Assembly (NCBI RefSeq): GCF_000146505.1
Contig: NC_017448.1
Location: 2,940,001-2,972,000 of the forward strand
Length of the DNA stretch: 32,000 nucleotides
Source of the DNA: Fibrobacter succinogenes subsp. succinogenes S85
Lineage (GTDB): Bacteria; Fibrobacterota; Fibrobacteria; Fibrobacterales; Fibrobacteraceae
Direction of reading: 5' to 3'
The notes below the pieces were generated by a model. The model saw only the letters and a program-made list of their open reading frames with translations. It had not been told where the DNA came from and did not search any database. Shown one piece after another: positions 1-7,359 of the stretch; the first letter of the stretch is position 1; each line of letters opens with the position of its first letter. The position numbers and the translations under genes were made by a program.

Positions 1-95
1 TTTACTGGTGGGTGGATCCGGTCAAGTCCGCTGCACTCGACAAGGCGATGAAATCCGGCGAAAGCCTCCCCATCCCGCCGTTCGATATCCGCTAA
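1..95 (+). CDS. 3' end of a CDS truncated by the window edge (..YWWVDPVKSAALDKAMKSGESLPIPPFDIR*), product unknown
   Basis: Frame 3 is open from the window edge to TAA at 93-95 and reads like ordinary protein. The Arg-rich frame-2 ORF 8..193 instead runs through the repeat cluster. Hairpins follow the stop. No family recognised. Confidence 0.3.
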   Translation, partial: YWWVDPVKSAALDKAMKSGESLPIPPFDIR

Positions 96-122
96 CTCGC
101 GCGCATCTCGTTGCCGCATCCC

Positions 123-207
123 GTCATCCAGAGCGCGTTCGCGCGCAGTTCCTTAGCACTTGTCATGCCCGTCCCGGAACAAGTCCGGGATGACAGTCGG
201 GCATCTC
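123..207. repeat. Cluster of short GC-rich palindromic intergenic repeats (GTCAT[CG]C.. family, REP-like)
   Basis: gtcatccagagcgcgttcgcgcgcag at 123-148. tgtcatgcccgtcccggaacaagtccgggatgacagtcgggcatctc at 161-207 has nested inverted repeats (tcccgga/tccggga, tgtcat/atgaca, atgcccg/cgggcat). Related copies occur at 8987, 16181, 18701, 19779, 20135, 22390 and 25124. Confidence 0.7.
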
Positions 208-230
208 CATCTCATCAAATCTTGAAACGC

Positions 231-259
231 AAAAAGTCCCGGCATCGCCGGGACTTTTC
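231..259. terminator. Bidirectional intrinsic terminator
   Basis: GTCCCGGC-atc-GCCGGGAC (8-bp GC stem, 236-254) flanked by A5 upstream and T4 downstream. On the minus strand it sits 24 nt after the stop of CDS 283..1059 and is followed by tttttgcgttt. Confidence 0.6.
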
Positions 260-282
260 AATAGATGGATAAAGAATCTTAA

Positions 283-1059
283 TTAGAACGTAGCGTTGAA
301 AGATGCTTCCAACGTAAGCGACTTTTTAGTGTTGCCGCCCACGTAGATGAGGTAGTCATCATCGCCCAAGCCAAGCGTTACGCACAAGTCAAAGGAGAAC
401 GTCTGGTTGATCTTGATGTTTGCACCCACATACGGGTCCACACCGATGTCACCGCTTGTTTCAACGTGCTTGTGACCGTCGTACTTTTCATCGTTCAGCA
501 AAATGTTCATGGTGACGCCGAAGTACGGAGAAATCACCGGAGAAACGTTCGGATCCAATTCTGCATTGAGGGTCAAGGTCATCGGACTCTTAACCTTGTC
601 ATCACCTTGAGTCGACATGGAGAGGCCTGCTTCTGTACCGAGAGCGAGAGAGCCGAAGTCCTGGGAATATTGGCCACCGAAATAGAATCCGAAACCGTCA
701 TCCGGGTAAATAATCCTGTCCTTACCGGTCGGAAAAGTCACATCAAGGAATGCGGCGACTGTCGGGATAATCTGGTAACGAGCACCAAGAGTCAGGTTCT
801 TCATACCCGTTTTCTTGTCGCTTTCGCCATCGTAGCGGCTAATCGGTCGGAACGGAAGGCTGAGGTAGAGTTCCAAGTTCTGGACCGGAACAAAGCGAGC
901 CTTAGCGCTCAAGTCAAGTCCCTTCCACTTGTCATGAATAATGAAGTCTGCGACTAGCTTGGCTTCGCCTCTCTTTTCTGCCGGGACGGGAAAGTTGCTA
1001 AAAGTAGCAAAACTGGTGGATGCAAGAAGAGCTGCACCGATGATGATTTTTTTTAACAT
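283..1059 (-). CDS. Small outer-membrane beta-barrel protein (family not recognised), paralog 1
   Basis: 258 aa. Signal peptide MLKKIIIGAALLASTSFA, alternating-hydrophobic strand pattern, C-terminal aromatic residue (..SFNATF). GGAG SD 6 nt upstream of the ATG. Shares SSFAT, LxxGAR[YF], FLD[VF]xxPxGKD, YFG[GA]Q and GTEAG with CDS 1216..2049. Confidence 0.75.
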   Translation of the reverse strand: MLKKIIIGAALLASTSFATFSNFPVPAEKRGEAKLVADFIIHDKWKGLDLSAKARFVPVQNLELYLSLPFRPISRYDGESDKKTGMKNLTLGARYQIIPTVAAFLDVTFPTGKDRIIYPDDGFGFYFGGQYSQDFGSLALGTEAGLSMSTQGDDKVKSPMTLTLNAELDPNVSPVISPYFGVTMNILLNDEKYDGHKHVETSGDIGVDPYVGANIKINQTFSFDLCVTLGLGDDDYLIYVGGNTKKSLTLEASFNATF

Positions 1060-1137
1060 ATTTACTCCATAGGAAAGAAATTTCCAGTAAATATAGATAA
1101 AAACTATAAAATTTGTACAATTTATGTAAACAAAAAT

Positions 1138-1164
1138 AAACCAGCCGGAGTAATCGACTGGTTT
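1138..1164 (-). terminator. Intrinsic terminator of CDS 1216..2049
   Basis: aaaccag / ctggttt 7-bp stem with a 13-nt loop. On the minus strand it is followed by atttttgttt. Confidence 0.45.
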
Positions 1165-1215
1165 TTAAGAATTTTAGACTTTTATTTTTTTATGTCATTA
1201 GCCTAAACTAGATGA

Positions 1216-2049
1216 CTAGAACTTGAATTCCAAATCCATGGTAAAGCCGAGTGCGTCACCTTCCATGTCGATTTGAACGCCGTTGTCCTTGGCCTTTTTC
1301 TTCAAATCCTGGCTGCGGGCGATAATCTGTCCGTTGATAGACATGTTGTCGCTGACGGCGAATGTTGCGCCAAACCAGAACTTGAACTGGTTGGACCAGT
1401 CATCGTGCAAGTCCACGTCCTTGTTGCCGTTGTAGTATTCAGACTTGAAAAGGCGCATCCAGAACTGACCGCCGACCAAGAGCGTCAACGGAGCGGAGGG
1501 GAGGGTATAGTCAAATTCACCGCCCAGACGGACTTCAAGTCCTCTTTCCAGGTTGTGGTGTTCAAAACCCCAGAAAACACCTGCTTCGGTTCCGTAAGCG
1601 GCACCCTTGATAGCGTTGATGTTGTTGTGGTGTTGGGCGCCGAAGTAGAGGTACATTTCACCGTTGCTCGGAGCGGTCGTGCCAACGCCCTTGACCTTGT
1701 CCTTACCGATTGGGAGGTTAAAGTCGAGGAAAAGGTAAAGTTCCGGGTCCAAGGCAAAACGTGCGCCAATCACGAGGTCGCGAAGACCGTTGCCGCCTTC
1801 AGAGCAGGCGTCGCAATCCGTTTCGCCCCAGAACTGGTAGCCAAAACCTTGCAGAGAAAGTTCAAATTGCGGAGTCACGTTCATACGGGCGCCGACTCTG
1901 AGGCCCATCTGGGACCAGTCATCGTCTGTATCGTAGTAAAGCCCGGCCTTGAAAGAACCCTGACTGTTCTGAAGCAGGCCGAAATAATCCCATGTTGCAA
2001 AGCTGGACGAAACAATCACAGCCGCCAAGAGAATAATCTTTTTGATCAT
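1216..2049 (-). CDS. Small outer-membrane beta-barrel protein, paralog 2
   Basis: 277 aa. Signal peptide MIKKIILLAAVIVSSSFA, C-terminal ..DLEFKF, AGGAG SD upstream. Shares motifs with CDS 283..1059. Confidence 0.75.
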   Translation of the reverse strand: MIKKIILLAAVIVSSSFATWDYFGLLQNSQGSFKAGLYYDTDDDWSQMGLRVGARMNVTPQFELSLQGFGYQFWGETDCDACSEGGNGLRDLVIGARFALDPELYLFLDFNLPIGKDKVKGVGTTAPSNGEMYLYFGAQHHNNINAIKGAAYGTEAGVFWGFEHHNLERGLEVRLGGEFDYTLPSAPLTLLVGGQFWMRLFKSEYYNGNKDVDLHDDWSNQFKFWFGATFAVSDNMSINGQIIARSQDLKKKAKDNGVQIDMEGDALGFTMDLEFKF

Positions 2050-2264
2050 TTTAACTCCTATGAAACACCTTGTTGGTTGCCCCTAATTTAGTAAACCGAA
2101 GGCCCCAAAGCAATTAAATATTTGTAAGCAAATTTTCATATCCGTGTTGAGTGTCACAATTAATGTTTTTTGCTTACATTGACGGTTGCCAAAGTTGTCT
2201 TAAAAATTATTTTTACAAGTAAGAGGTGTGCTGTTATTTGTGGCGCGCAAAAAAGAGGGCTTGA

Positions 2265-5200
2265 ATGAATTATTTAACACGTCTGCTGCTTGGTTTAGGT
2301 TTGGCCATCCCGATGTCTGCACTTGCTGCGGAACCCCCGCTGAATTGGGCCAAGTCCGTGTATTTGAATCTTGGCTATAGCGCCGCAGATAACGCTCTTT
2401 ACCTGAAACAGAAAAATGAAAAATGTACCATCGGATCGGTAAATGAGGATGGCGTTGAATGCGTCAATTTTGCGCAGGTGAAGGCTGATTTCCCCGTGTC
2501 GGATGCTTTCGTTAAAGTACTTCGTATGGATCTTGGTGGGAACAAGTTTGGATTTCGATGGAGAACGAATCCCGATCCCGATATGAAACAGTCATCCACC
2601 TTGGTCTTGGCGTCCGATCTTGATTTCCATGAGCTTCAAGCCGGGGTCTGTGTAGAAGATCATTTCGCGCCTGATTTTACAGGAAAGGTATTTGATGGTA
2701 GCGGCTATATTATTTCAAATCTCTGCAAGACCATCGATGACCAGACGGGTTCCTCGGTAGGCTTGTTTAAGGAGATTTCTAATGCTATCGTTAAGAACGT
2801 GGCTTTTTCAGATGTGCAATTTGTGACTTCGACGTTGAACCCTTCTGACTTGGGAACTAAGTATTACCCTGTTGGGGCGCTTGCCGGAAAAATTTATAAG
2901 AGCGAAGTGAATGGCGTTGATTTGAATAATGTGGTCATCCAGGGGCCGCTCGCCGGTGGTCTTGCCGGTGTCATTGAGGAATCGTTGATCTCGAACTTTT
3001 ATGCGTATGGAACTAATAACGTAGTAAAAGTTTCAAATGAAATCCAAGTGATCGATGGCTATGTCGGAGAATGTGAAGGTTGTGGTATTTCATATACTAA
3101 TGGGTATAAGGCCCTTGTTGGCGGTCTTGCCGGTGTTACTTACCAAACCTCTTTTGACAACATCAATTTGCAGGTCGATGTCCGAAACAAGGCTGCTGTT
3201 GACTTGTCGAGCGTGGGTGGCCTTGTGGGCTTGTATGTCACCAAGGGTAACCAGAACTATGAAGACTACAAAGAATTTAAAATCAATAAGATTTCTATCA
3301 AGGGACCCAACACCGCGACGGGGCCTGTTGTTGCTGGTGGTATATCAATGGGTGGCTTGCTTGGCGAAGTTAAGCGAATTGATTCGAATAACTACCCTAA
3401 ATCAAGTTTGATTATCCAGGAGGCAAAGGTCGAAAATCTGAAAGCTTCGCAAAGCATATTCAAAATGACTTTGCCTAAAGCGACTTATCTTGGCGGCCTT
3501 ATAGGGAACGGTGATATATGCAATAGTGGAAAGCTTGAAATATCGAACGCTTCTGTAACGGATTTCGAGATAACAGAAGCCGTAAAGAATAATGGAATTT
3601 ATCAGTATTATATTGGAGGCATTGCCGGTTACGCTGGGTGTGACCATGTGAATAATTCGTCATCGACTGATTTGTATTTGACTCTTACAAAATCGAAGGC
3701 TACAGGTTCAATTAATCTGAGTGCTAAGGAACCCGACATTGCGTCGACCGCTGAAGTTCATGTATCGGCTTCGATTGGTGGCCTTGTGGGTGCTGCTGTT
3801 ATTGCCGGAAACGAAGATGCTGTGGCTGAGAACGAAATAAGCGTTGGCGTTACTTACGATGTAAAGAAAACGAATACTAAAATAGCCGAAGCTTCGGAGA
3901 AGGTTTATATTGGCGGTGCGTTTGGTACTGTGAATACGTATAATTCGTCGGCGGTGGTAAAAGGCTTGCGTACTACAAACTACATCAAGGTTGTCGATGA
4001 TGGTGTTGACTCCTATGTGGGTGGAGTTATCGGTAAATTCCCTTTGGTTAGCAGTGGTAATTCAAAGATTTCGTTTAAGGATGTTCAGGTTGGGCCGAGA
4101 AGTTCAAAAAAATCAATTCTTTTGGACTATGAAGCTTATGGTACTCCTGGATATGATAGTTATGCCTCTGTGGGTGGCCTCTGCGGAGATTGTTCCCTGA
4201 TTGGCGAAATTGTACAAAGTTCGGTCAAGGGACATTTTAACAAACTAGATGGTGCTAACGGATCTTTTGAGAAAAAGGCCTTTAGCCTAGGTGGTCTTGT
4301 CGGTAAATCAAGGGCTGCAGAAGCAATAACTGTAAAGAATACCTATTCGAATGGTAACATTTCTGATGGGTTTGCCGTTGAAAAAGCTGATGAAGAAGCT
4401 CCCAAAAATAAAGTGGGTTACTTGTTTGGCGAAATCCCGGGAATTCAAGGACAAAAAGAATCCATACTTATTTCGAATTTCCATTATGGTGTAGATAACG
4501 TTGCTGCTATTGGTGATGCGGATGGTTCCAGTGTTAAGAACTTTACAGAGGGCAATTTTGGCGAATTCACCGCTACAAATAATGTGCGCAATGGTGCAAA
4601 AACGGAATTGACGGCTAAAAATAACGGCTATGTCTCTAAAGACTATATGGAATCGTCAAATTTTGCGGCGTTCCTGAACAGCCTCTGGACTGAATCCGAA
4701 GATATGGTGTGGGCCTATTCTAATGATGCGGGGGGATTGCCGTTCTTTGGAACTCCATCGACGGAGCAGATTGTCTCAACGGTTCCTGTAGTGTTCAAGG
4801 ATGGAGATGCTGTTCTATCAGTCAAAATTGGTGATAAAGTTGTTGATGTCCAGAATGTGAAAGTGGGTGATGCCGCCGTGGCTCCTGCAACTCCTGCGCC
4901 GAAGGATGGCAAGTGCTTTGACAAGTGGAGCGAAGACTATACTCACATCATGGCTGCGGTAGATATTCTTGCCCAATATAAGGTTTGCACGTATACAGTT
5001 GTGTTTACAAATGAAGATGGGACGAAAATATTTGATACGCAGACGATTGAATACAACAAAAATGCAACCGCTCCTACGGATCTAGAATTGCCCGAAGGCC
5101 AGTGCTTCGACAGCTGGGACGGAACTTATACAAGTGTAAAGTCTGATTTGACCATTAAGGCCAAAACTGCTCCTTGCACCTATACGGTTAAATTTACAGA

Positions 5201-7313
5201 TGAAGCCGGAATAATGGTTTTTAAGACGCAGACTGTTGAATACAACAAAAATGCAACGGCTCCTACGGATCTAGAATTGCCCGAAGGCCAGTGCTTCGAT
5301 AGCTGGGACGGAACTTATACAAGTGTAAAGTCTGATTTGACCATTAAGGCCAAAACGGCTCCTTGCACCTATACGGTTAAATTTACAGATGAAGCCGGAA
5401 CAAAGGTCTTTAAGACGCAGACTGTTGAATACAACAAAGATGCAACCGCTCCTACAGATCTAGAATTGCCCGAAGGCAAGTGCTTCGATAGCTGGGACGG
5501 AACTTATACAAATGTAAAGTCTGATCTGACCGTCAAGGTGAAGACTAAAGCTTGCGGAAATTCCAGCAGTTCTAGCAGCGGAAATACTTCGGAATCCTCG
5601 AGTTCTTCGAGTGCGGGCAATGGCGGCAATTCTTCTAGCGCTGGTAACGGCAACGCATCTAGTAGCAGCGCCGGAAATGACTCCAGCAGCTCGAGCGAAG
5701 ATAAGTCTAGCAGTTCTTCTGCAACGTTGAACTCCAGTAGCTCCGTCAATGACGAATCAAGCTCTAGTATTGCAGAACACAAAAAGTATCTGCTCGAAAT
5801 TGCCGAGCCGATGGCAACGCAGGACGGCAATGCCCTCCGTATGGAATTTGGTAGCCAGCTTGCAAATGCCTCTGAAAATGTCAATATTCACATCCAGGTA
5901 GTTTCAAAGAATGGTATCTACCTTGATACCACGGTCAACGGGAAAGCGGTGAGTGACGTTAAGAACGGAACATGGCGCCTTGACCCGGCTCCTGCTGGCA
6001 GATATACTGTGACCTTCACGATTACGGATGGCGTTGATTCCATTCCTGTCCCAAAGACTTTCACGTCTATGGAAAGCCGCGAAGTCGCTTCCCATTCCTG
6101 GCAGACGCTTTCTCTGTCCGCCTTCTGCCGCGAAAAGGGCGACGAATGCATGTCTGATCTAGAAGCGTTTTTTGCTCGCCATCGTGACAAAGCTGAGGGT
6201 GACGTCGAATCTGAGACTTCTGTCTACTGGTGGGATGAATCGAATCCGGTTGGCGATTACTGGCAATACCGCAAGTTCAGCGTGAACGACAAGTTCGATT
6301 CCACTCGCGGTTACTGGTATGGCCCGATTGATAACGAACCGCTGGTGATGAGCCTTGAAACGCCAGACATGAAGGACGAAATTGTCTGGAAACTGGAAAA
6401 CAAGTATTCTGGTTGGAATCTCGTGGCAAATCCGTTTGGCTGGTATGTGACCTTGCCGAAAGAAAAGGGCCTTCAGTTCTACAAATGGGATCCTGAAGTT
6501 TGCTCTTACAAAGAACCGGATACGCTTGGACCATACGAAGCCATCTGGGTTCGTACGGAAAAATCTATGACGTATCGCATTCCGCTGAAGGCCGCAATTG
6601 TTCTCGAAGAAGAAAAGAAGTCCCTGAACAAGAGCGTGGCTGCTGAAGAGTGGAATCTCCGTGTTGTCTTGGCTGACAATAATGGCAAACGCGACTCCTG
6701 GAACGAACTTGCAGCTGGGAAGACTGCTTCGACTTTGGGTGAACCTCCTGCAGGCATGGGTGACCGCGTGAACCTTTCCATTATGGATGGCAAAAAGCGC
6801 CTGGTCAAGAGCGTGAAAAAGAACGCTGACGACCTTGAATGGGATCTTGAAGTGAGTGCAACGACTTCTCGTGAAGGGCATTTGAGCTTTGAAGGCCTTG
6901 AAAGTGTCTGGTCGAAGGGCTTGCGCGTCTATGCAACGGTCGATAACGAGACTGTCGAAGTCGTGAAGGATAGCCCGATGGATGTCAAGCTCTCGTCGAA
7001 GGCGAAAAACGTCTCTGTCCGAGTGACCAAGAGTGCAGTAGCTGCTAATGTGGCGAAGAATCTGCTCAAGGGTTTGCATGTCGGTCAGATGTCTAACATG
7101 CTGAATGTCGGTTTCGATGCTGCCTCCAAGCTCGCCGGAGCCAATGTAAAGGTCTCTGTTGTGGGTATCGATGGCCGAGTCGTTGCAACGAACAGGGCTG
7201 TCGCTCGCGAAGGCTCAAACGCAGTCTCCATGAAAAAGCCCAAGCAGGGTGTCTACTTCGTGAAGGTCAAGGTCGGGAGCCAGAGTGCCGTCACCCGCAT
7301 TATGGTCCGATAA
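2265..7313 (+). CDS. Giant secreted surface protein: GLUG-motif region + Listeria-Bacteroides-type repeats + Ser-rich linker + C-terminal sorting-type domain
   Basis: 1,682 aa. AGAGGG SD and Sec signal peptide (..IPMSALAAEP). About 12 G-G-[LIA]-x-G motifs (GGLAGV, GGLVGL, GGLLGE, GGLIGN, GGIAGY, GGLVGA...) between roughly aa 200 and 700. One degenerate plus three good 63-aa repeats (CTYTVKFTDEAG..CFDSWDGTYTSV..). About 70-aa Ser-rich linker. C-terminus ..QGVYFVKVKVGSQSAVTRIMVR resembles a T9SS CTD / Fibrobacter basic terminal domain. Confidence 0.9.
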   Translation: MNYLTRLLLGLGLAIPMSALAAEPPLNWAKSVYLNLGYSAADNALYLKQKNEKCTIGSVNEDGVECVNFAQVKADFPVSDAFVKVLRMDLGGNKFGFRWRTNPDPDMKQSSTLVLASDLDFHELQAGVCVEDHFAPDFTGKVFDGSGYIISNLCKTIDDQTGSSVGLFKEISNAIVKNVAFSDVQFVTSTLNPSDLGTKYYPVGALAGKIYKSEVNGVDLNNVVIQGPLAGGLAGVIEESLISNFYAYGTNNVVKVSNEIQVIDGYVGECEGCGISYTNGYKALVGGLAGVTYQTSFDNINLQVDVRNKAAVDLSSVGGLVGLYVTKGNQNYEDYKEFKINKISIKGPNTATGPVVAGGISMGGLLGEVKRIDSNNYPKSSLIIQEAKVENLKASQSIFKMTLPKATYLGGLIGNGDICNSGKLEISNASVTDFEITEAVKNNGIYQYYIGGIAGYAGCDHVNNSSSTDLYLTLTKSKATGSINLSAKEPDIASTAEVHVSASIGGLVGAAVIAGNEDAVAENEISVGVTYDVKKTNTKIAEASEKVYIGGAFGTVNTYNSSAVVKGLRTTNYIKVVDDGVDSYVGGVIGKFPLVSSGNSKISFKDVQVGPRSSKKSILLDYEAYGTPGYDSYASVGGLCGDCSLIGEIVQSSVKGHFNKLDGANGSFEKKAFSLGGLVGKSRAAEAITVKNTYSNGNISDGFAVEKADEEAPKNKVGYLFGEIPGIQGQKESILISNFHYGVDNVAAIGDADGSSVKNFTEGNFGEFTATNNVRNGAKTELTAKNNGYVSKDYMESSNFAAFLNSLWTESEDMVWAYSNDAGGLPFFGTPSTEQIVSTVPVVFKDGDAVLSVKIGDKVVDVQNVKVGDAAVAPATPAPKDGKCFDKWSEDYTHIMAAVDILAQYKVCTYTVVFTNEDGTKIFDTQTIEYNKNATAPTDLELPEGQCFDSWDGTYTSVKSDLTIKAKTAPCTYTVKFTDEAGIMVFKTQTVEYNKNATAPTDLELPEGQCFDSWDGTYTSVKSDLTIKAKTAPCTYTVKFTDEAGTKVFKTQTVEYNKDATAPTDLELPEGKCFDSWDGTYTNVKSDLTVKVKTKACGNSSSSSSGNTSESSSSSSAGNGGNSSSAGNGNASSSSAGNDSSSSSEDKSSSSSATLNSSSSVNDESSSSIAEHKKYLLEIAEPMATQDGNALRMEFGSQLANASENVNIHIQVVSKNGIYLDTTVNGKAVSDVKNGTWRLDPAPAGRYTVTFTITDGVDSIPVPKTFTSMESREVASHSWQTLSLSAFCREKGDECMSDLEAFFARHRDKAEGDVESETSVYWWDESNPVGDYWQYRKFSVNDKFDSTRGYWYGPIDNEPLVMSLETPDMKDEIVWKLENKYSGWNLVANPFGWYVTLPKEKGLQFYKWDPEVCSYKEPDTLGPYEAIWVRTEKSMTYRIPLKAAIVLEEEKKSLNKSVAAEEWNLRVVLADNNGKRDSWNELAAGKTASTLGEPPAGMGDRVNLSIMDGKKRLVKSVKKNADDLEWDLEVSATTSREGHLSFEGLESVWSKGLRVYATVDNETVEVVKDSPMDVKLSSKAKNVSVRVTKSAVAANVAKNLLKGLHVGQMSNMLNVGFDAASKLAGANVKVSVVGIDGRVVATNRAVAREGSNAVSMKKPKQGVYFVKVKVGSQSAVTRIMVR
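4986..5552 (+). repeat. Intragenic tandem repeat, 3 x 189 bp (63 aa each)
   Basis: Units start at the tgcac[gc]tatac motif at 4986, 5175 and 5364, so the period is exactly 189. By hand alignment the 3' ~125 bp of units 1 and 2 differ at only ~3 positions, and units 2 and 3 are ~90% identical. A degenerate fourth unit precedes at about 4785-4985. Confidence 0.9.
5556..5768 (+). repeat. Low-complexity Ser/Gly/Asn-rich linker coding region
   Basis: Translates to GNSSSSSSGNTSESSSSSSAGNGGNSSSAGNGNASSSSAGNDSSSSSEDKSSSSSATLNSSSSVNDESSSS. The DNA is agc/tct/agt-rich. Confidence 0.85.
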
Positions 7314-7359
7314 ATCAGTCTAGCCGAACGCAAGTTTAATTACTAAATTTGCGCTCGTT

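Noticed and set aside
8-193. 61-aa Arg-rich ORF at the left edge (also 8853..9035 and 16262..16522)
   Set aside because: These are read through GC-rich palindromic repeats or terminators. Composition is typical of translated REP-like DNA.
1273-2091. 272-aa plus-strand ORF (and 466..957) opposite the outer-membrane barrel genes
   Set aside because: Val/Ala-rich antisense shadows. The minus-strand ORFs have signal peptides, SDs, terminators and a paralog relationship.
4785-5552. Diversity-generating retroelement or phase-variation explanation for the intragenic repeats
   Set aside because: There is no reverse transcriptase, template repeat outside the gene, invertase or homopolymeric tract nearby. 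The pattern fits ordinary tandem domain duplication.
6159-7079. 306-aa minus-strand ORF inside the giant surface protein gene
   Set aside because: A shadow ORF inside a continuous 5-kb ORF that has coherent domain architecture.
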